64,000 bases of DNA from an uncultured Bacteroides sp. (lineage in GTDB: Bacteria > Bacteroidota > Bacteroidia > Bacteroidales > Bacteroidaceae): contig CAYZVH010000001.1 of the NCBI GenBank assembly GCA_964481755.1, positions 2,337 to 66,336 on the forward strand, in the 5' to 3' direction. Below, in pieces: positions 42,834 to 52,558 of the stretch. The notes under the pieces are model-generated. The model had not been told where the DNA came from and made no database searches. It saw only the letters and a program-made list of their open reading frames with translations. The position numbers and the translations under genes were made by a program. The number at the start of each line of letters is the position of its first letter. Position 1 is the first letter of the stretch.

Positions 42834-44240
42834 ATGAAAAGGTATTCTATTGTTTTCATTATGATGTGCCTGCTGGCAGTGGCAGGCTTTGCCCAACAGG
42901 CAAAATATGTATTCTACTTCATCGGCGACGGCATGGGTGTGAACCACGTCAACGCAACCGAGGTGTTTCAAGGTGAAATGGAAGGGCGACGCAACCCTAC
43001 GCTCTTGCTTATGAGCACATTCCCCTACACAACAGTGGCCACCACCTACTCAATGAGCAACCGTGTGACAGACTCGTCAGCATCGGGCACAGCCTTGGCC
43101 ACAGGACACAAGACGAACAATGGTGTTCTGGGTATGCTACCCGACAAACAGACTGCCGTAAGCAGCATCGGTGTGTGGGCAAAGAAGCAAGGGGCACGGG
43201 TAGGTGTCAGCACATCCGTGAGCATCGACCACGCCACCCCGGGTGCCTTCTATGCACACCAACCCAACCGGAACAGTTATTATGAGATAGGCAAACAGCT
43301 CGCCTCGTCGGGCTTCGACTTCTTCGCCGGGTCGGACTTCCTACAACCTACAGGCAAGAAGCATGACCAGCCGAGTCTCTACAAAATCGTGGAGGAAGCG
43401 GGCTACACCATCTACCGCGGATACGATGCCTACAAGAAGGGCGGGCAGAAAGAGAAGGTTCTGCTGTTGCAGCCCGAAGGCAAACTGGCCAAGTCGCTCC
43501 CCTACGCCATTGACCGACAGGCGGACGATATGAGTCTGCAGCAGATTGTGAAGGCAGGCATCGATTTCTTCTCGCGCGACCTATCGAAAGGTTTCTTCTT
43601 CATGATAGAGGGTGGACAGATTGACTGGGCCAACCACAGCCACGATGCCGGCACGATGGTGCAGGAGGTTAAAGACCTCGACCAAGCGGTAAAAGAGGCT
43701 TACCAGTTCTACCTGCAGCACCCCGACGAGACGCTGATTGTGATAACCGCCGACCACGAGACCGGTGGTCTGGGATTGGGAATCAACAACATCTATGACT
43801 TGAATACCAAGGTGCTCGCCGAGCAGAAAATGAGCGAGCGGGTGTTCACCACCTACCTGAACTCGTTGCGCAAGGAGACGAAGAACAAGGTGACTTGGGA
43901 GATGGTGGAGAAGGCGCTGAAGGAGAACTTCGGCTTTTGGAACCAGATAAAGCTGACCAGCAAGCAGGAGGAGAGTCTAAAGCAGATTTATAAGGAATCG
44001 TTCAGCGACAAGGAGGTAGCACTGAAAGAGAGTGAGTACCAGAAGGACGAACCCCTGTCGGCAGCAGCAATAAAGATTATGAGCGAGCAGGCACTGCTGG
44101 GCTGGACCAGTGGAGGCCACACAGCCGAATGGGTGCCGGTGTTCGCTATCGGTGCCGGTGCCAACTTGTTCTGCAAGCGGACAGACAATGCGGAGATTCC
44201 TCGTCTCATCGCCAAAGCGGCTGGATACATTCCCGAATAA
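42834..44240 (+). CDS. Alkaline phosphatase (PhoA family)
   Basis: 468 aa with a signal peptide, FIGDGMG, and the active-site context VTDSSASGTALATGHKT. Confidence 0.9.
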   Translation: MKRYSIVFIMMCLLAVAGFAQQAKYVFYFIGDGMGVNHVNATEVFQGEMEGRRNPTLLLMSTFPYTTVATTYSMSNRVTDSSASGTALATGHKTNNGVLGMLPDKQTAVSSIGVWAKKQGARVGVSTSVSIDHATPGAFYAHQPNRNSYYEIGKQLASSGFDFFAGSDFLQPTGKKHDQPSLYKIVEEAGYTIYRGYDAYKKGGQKEKVLLLQPEGKLAKSLPYAIDRQADDMSLQQIVKAGIDFFSRDLSKGFFFMIEGGQIDWANHSHDAGTMVQEVKDLDQAVKEAYQFYLQHPDETLIVITADHETGGLGLGINNIYDLNTKVLAEQKMSERVFTTYLNSLRKETKNKVTWEMVEKALKENFGFWNQIKLTSKQEESLKQIYKESFSDKEVALKESEYQKDEPLSAAAIKIMSEQALLGWTSGGHTAEWVPVFAIGAGANLFCKRTDNAEIPRLIAKAAGYIPE

Positions 44241-44255
44241 ACACACAGTGCGTCA

Positions 44256-45194
44256 TCACTCGAAGGTGACGTAATGCGATAAACGCTTCAAGTCTTTCTC
44301 AGTGAACTCCTCGTAGGTGGAGAGTTGGGAAAGACTTTTTAGTTTCCCATACTTGCGCCGATGCTCCACGATGGCCTTGGCTTGATAGAAGTTGAGGTAG
44401 GGATGACTGCGCAGACGCTCCACATCCATCCGGTTGATGGACAGAATTTGCTTAGGCTGCGACGACACACTGAACCAGCGGTGGACAGAGTCGGGCAAGG
44501 AGTTGATCTCCCGCAGCTGCTCCACGGAGTAGAATCCACCCAACCGAGCACGGTAGGCAACTATCTGTCGGGCATAGCCACTGCCAATGCCGGGCACACG
44601 CTTAAGCTCCGTAGTGTCGGCCTGGTTGAGGTCGACGATGGTCCCCTCGGGATATTTCTCTGCCCGTTCCCATCGGGGAACCGGAGGAACAGACTCAGTC
44701 GCCGGGGTCGGCAAGGTATCCGTAACACGGACCTTCTGCTGTGCGAGGTACTCCTCCCCTATCACAATGTAAGGCTTCAGCTGCACATACTGATCCGTGG
44801 AGAGTCCATAGATTTTGGCAAACGACTCCACGGTGCGAAACGCACCACCCTTGTCCCGATAACGGAGGATGTTGCGGACCACATATCTAGGGAGCCCCAG
44901 CCGGGAGAGTTGCAGAGAATCGGCCTCATTGGGGTCGAACCGGGACAACACCGATGGCTCTTGAGAGGCAGATGGGGTACGCTGATAGGTTCTCCTACTC
45001 CTCTTCTTATCACCCAGACAGGCCAACATAGAGTCCAGGCGCACACTGTCGGCAGCGGCCAACGGCCGCTTGGGAGTACCGATGATGCCCAGCCGGCAGC
45101 AACACAAGATGGCAGCCAGGATCATCACCAACACAGAGAGCACAATGACACCTCGGCGCTCCGACTTCGAGAGATAGAAAAACCAGTCCCTCAT
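44256..45194 (-). CDS. Helix-hairpin-helix (ComEA-like) membrane-anchored DNA-binding protein
   Basis: An N-terminal TM segment plus repeated HhH motifs (LNQADTTELKRVPGIGSGYARQIVAYR). ATG is at 45192-45194, and the track start codon is a TTG. Confidence 0.7.
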   Translation of the reverse strand: MRDWFFYLSKSERRGVIVLSVLVMILAAILCCCRLGIIGTPKRPLAAADSVRLDSMLACLGDKKRSRRTYQRTPSASQEPSVLSRFDPNEADSLQLSRLGLPRYVVRNILRYRDKGGAFRTVESFAKIYGLSTDQYVQLKPYIVIGEEYLAQQKVRVTDTLPTPATESVPPVPRWERAEKYPEGTIVDLNQADTTELKRVPGIGSGYARQIVAYRARLGGFYSVEQLREINSLPDSVHRWFSVSSQPKQILSINRMDVERLRSHPYLNFYQAKAIVEHRRKYGKLKSLSQLSTYEEFTEKDLKRLSHYVTFE

Positions 45195-45197
45195 CAA

Positions 45198-46559
45198 TTA
45201 AAAGATACCCAGTTCCTTGAGGAAGATGACGGCGATAGCCACTGGGGCGATGAATTTCAAAATGAAGACATAGACCCGGAAGAATGGAACACGCAGGGTG
45301 CCTCCGTTGCTCACCTCATCGTACAACACCTTGCGATCGAGCACCCATCCGGTGAAGATGGAGATAAACATGCCGCCGATAGGCAACAGAATCTTGGCCG
45401 TGACATAATCGAACAGGTCAAAGAATCCCATATTGAAAACGGTGCAATGCTGGAGCACACCCAGTGAGAGAGAGCTCAACACACCCAGGAAGAGGCAGAA
45501 GGCTGATACCCAACGGGCACCGACCTTACGCGACATGCCGAACTCCTCGTGGGCAAAGGCGGTCACCACCTCGTGGATAGATATGGTGGAGGTAAGGGCT
45601 GCCAAGGCCAACAGCACGTAGAACATCACGGCGAATAGCCATGCCAACACCGGCATACCGGCAAAGGCCTGCTGGAACACATTGGGCAACGTGATGAAGA
45701 TGAGCGAAGGACCGGCATCGGGACTGATACCTACAGAGAAGGCTGCGGGGAAGATAATCAGTCCGGCCAGAATGGCTACCAAGGTATCGATGGTGCCCAC
45801 ACCCAGCGCGGTGCGCGACAAGTTGGTCTCCTTACTGAAATAGGAGGCGTATGTGCAGAGGCATCCCATACCCAGGCTCAATGAGAAGAATGCCTGGCCC
45901 ATGGCCCCGAAGAATACGCCACTGTTGATTTTCGAGAAGTCGGGCTTCAGCAAGAACTCCAGGCCCTTGGAGGCGTTGGGCAGCGAGATGGAGCAACAAG
46001 CCAAGATGATGACCAGGACGAAAAGCATGGGCATCAGCACCTTGGCGGATCGCTCAATACCCTTCTCCACACCTTTCACTACCACAAAATGGGTTACGAA
46101 CATGAAGACGCAGAGCCAAAGTAACGGACGCCACGGGTCTTGCGAGAACGAGGAGAAAGCCTGCGTGAAATCGTCGGGGGTCTTCCCGGCAAAGCCTCCA
46201 CAGCCTGCCTCCAGAATGTACTCCAAGGTCCAGCCAGCAACCACTGAGTAGTAACCAAGTATCAAGAAGCCAGTCAAGACTCCCATATAACCAATCCAAC
46301 GCAGGGAAGATTTGGGGGCCAATATGCGGTAAGCACGGGCCGTGTTGGCACGCGAACGGCGACCGATGGCAAATTCGGATATCATTACCGGCATGCCTAA
46401 CAAGAGGACGCAGGCGATGTAGACCAAGATGAAGGCCGCCCCGCCATGCTGACCCGTTTCGTAGGGGAAACGCCAGATATTACCTAAACCCACAGCGGAA
46501 CCCGCTGCCGCCAATATGGCAGCCAACTTGCTACCAAAGTTCGCCCTCTCAGTGCTCAT
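45198..46559 (-). CDS. Sodium-dependent transporter (NSS/SNF family)
   Basis: 453 aa with the AAAGSAVGLGNIWRFPY signature and about 12 TM segments. Confidence 0.9.
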   Translation of the reverse strand: MSTERANFGSKLAAILAAAGSAVGLGNIWRFPYETGQHGGAAFILVYIACVLLLGMPVMISEFAIGRRSRANTARAYRILAPKSSLRWIGYMGVLTGFLILGYYSVVAGWTLEYILEAGCGGFAGKTPDDFTQAFSSFSQDPWRPLLWLCVFMFVTHFVVVKGVEKGIERSAKVLMPMLFVLVIILACCSISLPNASKGLEFLLKPDFSKINSGVFFGAMGQAFFSLSLGMGCLCTYASYFSKETNLSRTALGVGTIDTLVAILAGLIIFPAAFSVGISPDAGPSLIFITLPNVFQQAFAGMPVLAWLFAVMFYVLLALAALTSTISIHEVVTAFAHEEFGMSRKVGARWVSAFCLFLGVLSSLSLGVLQHCTVFNMGFFDLFDYVTAKILLPIGGMFISIFTGWVLDRKVLYDEVSNGGTLRVPFFRVYVFILKFIAPVAIAVIFLKELGIF

Positions 46560-46686
46560 AATTACTCTATATTATTCGTTTTCTCTTTCGTACCTGTCAA
46601 CTCACGTCCCGTCGTGGAATGACTTCATCCATCCCGTTTGCTGTACACAGATTGAAAGAATTGATGCTTATATTTTAATAATTGTG

Positions 46687-46694
46687 CAAAAGTA
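46687..46694 (-). promoter_or_regulatory. -7 box (TACTTTTG) for the NSS transporter
   Basis: The reverse complement of caaaagta. It implies a ~125-nt leader. Confidence 0.4.
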
Positions 46695-46791
46695 GCAAAA
46701 GAAAAGTTTGATGCTGCACATCTGAGGTGTAAATATTGTAAAGGGAACGTGAATCCATCGATGCGGCAACGCATTATCGATGGGAAATCCT

Positions 46792-46799
46792 TACTTTTG
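46792..46799 (+). promoter_or_regulatory. -7 box (TACTTTTG) for the VanZ-like gene
   Basis: 36 nt upstream of ATG 46835. Confidence 0.5.
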
Positions 46800-46834
46800 C
46801 AGTCTATAATACCTATTATAAATAGCTCAACAGA

Positions 46835-47236
46835 ATGAAGACCTTTATCAAGCACTATCCACTGACGCTGCTGGTCGTATGCGCCATCTGCGTGTTGTCG
46901 CTCTGCAAAATGCCGGAGACGGAGCTGGACGATGTCCCATTCATCGACAAATGGACGCATCTGATTATGTACGGCGGGCTGTGCAGCGTCATCTGGCTAG
47001 AATATGCCAAGCATCACCGCCCCGTGGTACTCTGCCGTCACCTTTGGTGGACGATAGTGTTCCCGCTAGCCTTGAGCGGTCTGATGGAGATTCTGCAAGC
47101 GTACTGCACCGAGACCCGCAACGGCGACTGGATGGATATGGCCGCCAACAGCCTAGGCGTAGCGCTAGGCACAGCCCTCGGCTACCTAGTCATCACCCCA
47201 GTCGTACATCGGATACTAAAGAATTACCAAAAATAA
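46835..47236 (+). CDS. VanZ-like family membrane protein
   Basis: 133 aa with 4 TM segments and the DKWTHLIMYGGL motif. Confidence 0.6.
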   Translation: MKTFIKHYPLTLLVVCAICVLSLCKMPETELDDVPFIDKWTHLIMYGGLCSVIWLEYAKHHRPVVLCRHLWWTIVFPLALSGLMEILQAYCTETRNGDWMDMAANSLGVALGTALGYLVITPVVHRILKNYQK

Positions 47237-47250
47237 ATTATTTTTGGTAA
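47224..47250. terminator. AT-rich perfect 12-bp palindrome overlapping the VanZ stop codon
   Basis: ttaccaaaaata / tatttttggtaa with a 3-nt loop, followed by TTTT. It lies between convergent transcription units. Confidence 0.55.
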
Positions 47251-47391
47251 TTTTACAAAGCTGTGAGCTATAACCAGTTAGACAGGCTCCCAGAAAAGCG
47301 GACTTGCGTTTGCCTTATACGAGGCAGACACAAATCCGCTAACTTATCGGTAACGAAGCGAGGGAGGGAGCTTGTCCCCGCCCTGATGTTA

Positions 47392-47529
47392 TCACATAAC
47401 GGAGAAAACAACAATGCCGATGACGGCCAACACAATCAGTCCGATGAAGATACCATTGACTACCTTCTCGGCTTGTTTCTCCTGACGTTTCTCGCGGGCT
47501 TCGCTTCTTTTAGATTTATTGTTACTCAT
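47392..47529 (-). CDS. Small (45-aa) single-TM protein, absent from the ORF track
   Basis: My own translation of the minus strand gives MSNNKSKRSEAREKRQEKQAEKVVNGIFIGLIVLAVIGIVVFSVM. It has a basic N-terminus and a hydrophobic C-terminus, and starts 21 nt after the prfB stop. Confidence 0.45.
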   Translation of the reverse strand: MSNNKSKRSEAREKRQEKQAEKVVNGIFIGLIVLAVIGIVVFSVM

Positions 47530-47550
47530 ATAGCATTTATATTTAAGTTG

Positions 47551-48666
47551 TTAACTTTCTGAATCAGAGAACTCCATCAGATAGGCTTTGATGAACTCAT
47601 CTATCTTGCCGTCCATCACTCCGCTCACGTCGGAGGTCTGGTAGTTGGTACGGTGGTCCTTCACCCGGCGGTCGTCGAAGACGTAGCTGCGTATCTGCGA
47701 GCCCCACTCTATCTTCTTCTTACCCGCCTCTATCTTGGCCTGCTCGGCCATGCGGTGCTGCAGTTCCTTGTTGTAGAGAATGGAGCGCAACTGACGCATG
47801 GCATTCTCCTTGTTCTTGGGTTGGTCACGCGTCTCGGTGTTCTCGATGAGGATTTCCTCTTCCTCACCGGTATAGGGGTCCTTGTACTGATAGCGCAGAC
47901 GCACACCTGACTCCACCTTGTTGACGTTCTGTCCACCGGCGCCACCGGAGCGGAAGGTATCCCACGACACACAGGCGGGACTGATGTTCACCTCGATGGA
48001 GTCGTCCACCAACGGGGTGACAAAAACTGACGAGAAGGAGGTCATGCGCTTGCCTTGGGCATTGTAGGGAGAGACACGCACAAGGCGGTGCACACCATTC
48101 TCACCTTTGAGGTAACCGAAGGCGGAATCGCCCTTAATCTCCATCGTCACCGACTTGATGCCGGCCTCATCACCTTCCTGCAGGTTGGCAATGGTGACCG
48201 TGTAACCATGGGTCTCACCCCAGCGCATGTACATACGCATCAGCATGGAGGCCCAGTCCTGACTCTCAGTACCGCCGGCACCGGAGTTGATCTTCAGCAC
48301 GCAATCCATCTGGTCGGCTTCCTGGCGCAGCATATTCTTCAGTTCCAACGCCTCCACTGCCTTGATGGCTTTCTGATAGGCATCGTCCACCTCGCCTTCG
48401 CTCACCAGCTCGTCTTTATAGAAGTCGAAGGCCAATGCCAACTCGTCGGCCAGCACCTTCACTTCGTTGTAACCTTCTATCCACGCCTGCAGCGACTTTA
48501 CTTTCTTCATCTGTGCCTCGGCGGCTTTGGCATCGTCCCAGAAGCCGGGGGCTTGGGTACGTAGCTGCTCCTCCTCCACCTGTATCAGCTTGGAGTCGAT
48601 GTCGAGGTAACGTTTCAGCGCCTCAGTGCGCTCTTTTATATTTTTGAGTTGCTCTATTGTAATCAT
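47551..48666 (-). CDS. prfB: Peptide chain release factor 2
   Basis: 371 aa with GGQ (SGGAGGQNVNK) and an SPY/SPF-type recognition loop (RVSPYNAQGKRMTSF). It is one uninterrupted frame. Confidence 0.9.
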   Translation of the reverse strand: MITIEQLKNIKERTEALKRYLDIDSKLIQVEEEQLRTQAPGFWDDAKAAEAQMKKVKSLQAWIEGYNEVKVLADELALAFDFYKDELVSEGEVDDAYQKAIKAVEALELKNMLRQEADQMDCVLKINSGAGGTESQDWASMLMRMYMRWGETHGYTVTIANLQEGDEAGIKSVTMEIKGDSAFGYLKGENGVHRLVRVSPYNAQGKRMTSFSSVFVTPLVDDSIEVNISPACVSWDTFRSGGAGGQNVNKVESGVRLRYQYKDPYTGEEEEILIENTETRDQPKNKENAMRQLRSILYNKELQHRMAEQAKIEAGKKKIEWGSQIRSYVFDDRRVKDHRTNYQTSDVSGVMDGKIDEFIKAYLMEFSDSES

Positions 48667-48671
48667 ATTTG

Positions 48672-48679
48672 CAAAGGTA
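48672..48679 (-). promoter_or_regulatory. -7 box (TACCTTTG) for prfB
   Basis: The reverse complement of caaaggta, only 5 nt upstream of the ATG. This implies a very short or absent leader. Confidence 0.4.
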
Positions 48680-48689
48680 ACGGAAAATA

Positions 48690-50546
48690 TTAAAAGGGAA
48701 AGAGCAATGGCAGTACAAAAATCATGATGACACCCAAGATAACCTGCAAGGGCAGGCCGACCTTGATGTAATCCATGAAGGTGTACTTACCGGGGTTCAT
48801 CACCAACGCGTTGGGCGGGGTGGAGAACGGAGAGGCGAAACACATGCTCGCTCCCAAGGTAACGGCGAAGAGGAACGGATAGGGACTGACACCCAACTGC
48901 ACGGCCGAATGGAGGGCGATGGGGGCCAGCAGCACAGCCGTGGCCGTGTTGCTGATGAACATGGTCATCAGCGAGGTGGTGAAATAGATGCCTGCCAGCA
49001 GGGCGGTCGGTCCGTATTCACCCAGTCCGTTGACCAGCGTAGTGGATATGTAGTTGGAAGTGCCAGTCTTCTCCAATGCCAACGACATGGGCAACATGCC
49101 GGCAATCAGTACGATGCTCTCCCAGTTTATAGTCTTGTAGGCAGCTTCCATATTGCGGATGCACCCAGTGAGAATCATCAGGATGCCGGCTATCATCACG
49201 GCCGTCACGGGGGCGATGGGGATAAAGTCGAACACCATCATGCAAACCATCAACAACATGATGGCTCCTGCCAAGGGAGCTTTATAGTCGAGGGTCACCT
49301 TAGTGGCCTCCTCCAACGGCTGACCGAGGACCACCCAATCGGCATCCTCTTTGCTAAGTCGGGCAATGTCATTCCAGGCACCTTGCACCAACAGCACGTC
49401 GCCGCTGTGCATCTTCTCGTCCTTCAGGTCGCGTAGCAGATACTCGCGCTTACGGCGGATACCCAAAACGTTGACGTTGAACTTCGACCGGAGGCCGGAG
49501 TCTTTCACCATCTGGTTGATGAGTCGGGACGAGGGCATGAGCAGTATCTCGGCAATGCCGATATCATAGAAGTCAACCGTGGCCTGCTTCTTATCCTCGG
49601 TTGTGTGGAAGTCCACCACATCGAGTCCATAGGTCTCGGCTAGTTGGTTCACTTGCGCGAACTCACCCATAATGTAGATAATGTCGTTCACCTGGAACTG
49701 CAAGGTGGGGTCGGCCAGGTTTTGGCTGATGGAGTTGAGTAGCTTGGCCTTGGGGTTCGTCTCGCGGCGTATCTCCAGAATATTTAGTCCGTAGCGGTTG
49801 CGTACATCGAGCTCTTTCACGGTCTTGCCTACGACCGACGAGGACGACTTCACCTTCAGGCGGAAGAGGTTATCGGCCAACTGATACTCGGAGACCAACT
49901 CGTTGAGCGACTTGCCACGGGTAGTGGTCTCGTCGTCCTTACCGCTCTTCTTCGAGAGGAACCATTTAGTGAGAGGCAACAACACCACGATACCCACCAC
50001 CACACAGATGATGCCCACGGGGAGGAACGAGAAGAAGGACAACGGCTCGTAACCTGCGCCGGTGAGTGTGTCCTGTATCACCAAGTTTGGAGGGGTACCA
50101 ATGAGGGTCATCATACCACCCATGCTGCTGGCGAAGGCCAGTGGCATCAGCAGACGCGACTGGTTCATACCGGCCCCTACGGCCAGGCTCACTACGATGG
50201 GCAGCATCAAGGCCACCGTGCCGGTGTTGCTGATGAATGCGCCAATGGCGGAGGTCACCACCACGACCAGAATGAAAAGTCGTAGTTCGCTGGTGCCTGC
50301 CAGCTTCAGTATCTTACCACTAATCATCTTGGCCAGTCCGGTCTGGAAGATGGCGCCACCCACCACAAACAGTCCAATCATCATGATGACGACGTTGCTG
50401 GAGAACCCCGACAATGCCTCCTCGGGAGTGAGAATGTTGAAGATGAGTAGCAGGACCAACGAACAAAGAGCCACCAGGTCGGAGCGTACCTTACCACTGA
50501 CGAAGAAGACGGCCGAGAGGGCCAGGATAACCAATGTTGTAATCAT
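48690..50546 (-). CDS. SLC13/DASS family permease with central TrkA-C (RCK_C) domains
   Basis: 618 aa. Hydrophobic halves flank two soluble repeats (VGKTVKELDVRNRYGLNILEIRR). Confidence 0.8.
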   Translation of the reverse strand: MITTLVILALSAVFFVSGKVRSDLVALCSLVLLLIFNILTPEEALSGFSSNVVIMMIGLFVVGGAIFQTGLAKMISGKILKLAGTSELRLFILVVVVTSAIGAFISNTGTVALMLPIVVSLAVGAGMNQSRLLMPLAFASSMGGMMTLIGTPPNLVIQDTLTGAGYEPLSFFSFLPVGIICVVVGIVVLLPLTKWFLSKKSGKDDETTTRGKSLNELVSEYQLADNLFRLKVKSSSSVVGKTVKELDVRNRYGLNILEIRRETNPKAKLLNSISQNLADPTLQFQVNDIIYIMGEFAQVNQLAETYGLDVVDFHTTEDKKQATVDFYDIGIAEILLMPSSRLINQMVKDSGLRSKFNVNVLGIRRKREYLLRDLKDEKMHSGDVLLVQGAWNDIARLSKEDADWVVLGQPLEEATKVTLDYKAPLAGAIMLLMVCMMVFDFIPIAPVTAVMIAGILMILTGCIRNMEAAYKTINWESIVLIAGMLPMSLALEKTGTSNYISTTLVNGLGEYGPTALLAGIYFTTSLMTMFISNTATAVLLAPIALHSAVQLGVSPYPFLFAVTLGASMCFASPFSTPPNALVMNPGKYTFMDYIKVGLPLQVILGVIMIFVLPLLFPF

Positions 50547-50613
50547 GGGCTGAAAAAGAGTTTTACGGGTTATACATTATATATATAATAGGTAATACAT
50601 CAGACAAGAGGCA

Positions 50614-52428
50614 TCAGTCCGCATACATCTTGTCTATTTCTTTCGCGTAGTTTTGGTAGAGCACCGGGCGACGTATCTTCAGGGTGTTGGTCAGCTCGCC
50701 GCGCTTCATGCTGAAGGGCTCGGGCAACAGGACAAACCGTTTCACCTGTTCATAGTGGGCCAACTGCTGCTGCAGGGTGTCGATGCGGTCCCTGAAGAGT
50801 TCTATCACCGCCTCCTGCTGGAGCAGGTCGGAGAGGTCGCGGTAGGCGATATGTCTGCTAGCGGCATATTCCTCCACCAGTTTATAGTTGGGGATGATCA
50901 GTGCCGAGACGAACTTACGCCGGTCGGCAATGACGGCTATCTGGTCGATGTAGCGGTCCACCACCAGCTTACTTTCGATGGCCTGCGGAGCGATGTACTT
51001 GCCATTGGAGGTCTTGAAGAGGTCCTTCAACCGATCGGTCAGGAAGAGCGTGTCGCCATCCAGATAGCCCACATCGCCCGTATGGAACCACCCATCGGCA
51101 TCGATAGCCTGACGAGTGACGGCCTCCTTTTTGTAGTAGCCTTTCGTGATGGTCTTTCCGCGCAGCAGAATCTCACCGTTGTCGCCTATCTTCACCTCCA
51201 CGCTAGGCATCACCCGGCCCACCGAGCCAATGACGTACTGCGGCAGGTCGTCGCACGACACCGTAGCGGTGGACTCCGTGAGTCCGTAACCAGCCACCAT
51301 GTTGATACCTACGGAGTGGACGAACTCCTCCACGGCCTGCGGTATGGCGGCACCGGCTGTGGGGAAGAAATTGCCGTTCTCGATACCTATCGTGGTCTTC
51401 AGCAGTTGATAGGCAGTCTTCTCATAGAACTTATATTTCATAGTGAGCCACATGGGCGGCTCCTTGCCGATGCGTTTATAATCGAGGTTGTAGGCACGGC
51501 CCACCTTCACGGCATCCTCGAACAACCAGCGTTTCATGCCGTTGGCGGCGTGAATCTGCTCCAGCACACCGGCGTAGACCTTCTCCCAGAACCGGGGGAC
51601 GGCGCACATGCAAGTAGGATGCACCTCCTTGATGGTCTTCTGGATGTCCACGGGCCGAAGATTCACACAGATTTCGCAGCCTACCACAAGGCAATAGTAG
51701 ATCCATGCCTTCTCAAAGATGTGCGTCAAGGGGAGGAAGTTCATGATGACATCCTTATCGGTGAGGTTGGTGAGACGAATCTTGTGGATGCGGAACGCCT
51801 CGTTGTAACAAGAGTGATGGAGCATCACTCCCTTGGACTCGCCTGTGGTGCCGGAGGTATAGAGGATGTTGGCCAAATCGTCCGTGGTAGCGCCAGCTGC
51901 CCGCTGTTCCACCTCGGGCAGTCGTTTGCACTGCTCGTCCAACTTCAGGAAGTCGGAGAAGTAGACGGAGACGCAATCCTCAGGGTTGCGCTGCACACCC
52001 GGGTCGAAGATGATGACCTTCTGCAGCGAAGGGCAGAGGCTGTGTATGCGGTAGGCCACGTCGTACTGATACTGTTCGCCCACAAAGAGGAAGCGGATGG
52101 AGGCATCGTTGACGATATACTGAGCCTGTGCCTCGGAACTGGTGGCATAGAGCGGTATAGTGACCGCCCGGTTGGCGAAGGCCGCGAAGTCCATGTAGAG
52201 ACATTCGGGCATGTTCTGCGAAAAGATGCCGATGTTCTCCTGCACCTCCACTCCCAGGGAATAGAGGGCACAAGCGGCCTCGTCGATGATATTGGAGAAC
52301 TGACGCCATGTGACAGAAATCCATTGTGCGGTTTGATAATCGCGGTGGCGGAGAGCCACACGGTCTTCATACTTGTCGGCCTGCCGACGGATAAGCGCAG
52401 TTAGTTGAGGAGTTTCACCCATTGTCAT
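50614..52428 (-). CDS. Long-chain fatty acid-CoA ligase (AMP-binding family)
   Basis: 604 aa with the AMP-binding motif ILYTSGTTGESKGVML and GWFHTGDVG. Confidence 0.85.
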   Translation of the reverse strand: MTMGETPQLTALIRRQADKYEDRVALRHRDYQTAQWISVTWRQFSNIIDEAACALYSLGVEVQENIGIFSQNMPECLYMDFAAFANRAVTIPLYATSSEAQAQYIVNDASIRFLFVGEQYQYDVAYRIHSLCPSLQKVIIFDPGVQRNPEDCVSVYFSDFLKLDEQCKRLPEVEQRAAGATTDDLANILYTSGTTGESKGVMLHHSCYNEAFRIHKIRLTNLTDKDVIMNFLPLTHIFEKAWIYYCLVVGCEICVNLRPVDIQKTIKEVHPTCMCAVPRFWEKVYAGVLEQIHAANGMKRWLFEDAVKVGRAYNLDYKRIGKEPPMWLTMKYKFYEKTAYQLLKTTIGIENGNFFPTAGAAIPQAVEEFVHSVGINMVAGYGLTESTATVSCDDLPQYVIGSVGRVMPSVEVKIGDNGEILLRGKTITKGYYKKEAVTRQAIDADGWFHTGDVGYLDGDTLFLTDRLKDLFKTSNGKYIAPQAIESKLVVDRYIDQIAVIADRRKFVSALIIPNYKLVEEYAASRHIAYRDLSDLLQQEAVIELFRDRIDTLQQQLAHYEQVKRFVLLPEPFSMKRGELTNTLKIRRPVLYQNYAKEIDKMYAD

Positions 52429-52444
52429 AGTTTTTATTTCGCTA

Positions 52445-52452
52445 CAAAGGTA
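52445..52452 (-). promoter_or_regulatory. -7 box (TACCTTTG) for the acyl-CoA ligase
   Basis: The reverse complement of caaaggta, 17 nt upstream of the ATG. Confidence 0.5.
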
Positions 52453-52528
52453 ATGATTTTAGGCAGCAGAATCGCAAACCCTACTCAATATTTTGACTAG
52501 ACAGCATTTATCTTTCCCCTTTTCTGCG

Positions 52529-52536
52529 TACATTTG
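52529..52536 (+). promoter_or_regulatory. -7 box (TACATTTG) for the M20 hydrolase
   Basis: 23 nt upstream of ATG 52559. Confidence 0.5.
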
Positions 52537-52558
52537 CCGTAAATTAAGCATTGAAAGA

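Noticed and set aside
46560-46686. A riboswitch in the ~125-nt leader of the NSS transporter gene.
   Set aside because: I could not recognise any conserved riboswitch core (glycine, lysine, SAM, TPP and so on) or a convincing terminator/antiterminator alternative. The long leader depends on a single predicted -7 box.
47551-48666. A programmed +1 frameshift site in prfB.
   Set aside because: The region equivalent to the E. coli shift site reads ...AAA CGT TAC CTC GAC ATC... (LKRYLDI) with no in-frame stop. RF2 is encoded in a single uninterrupted 371-codon frame.
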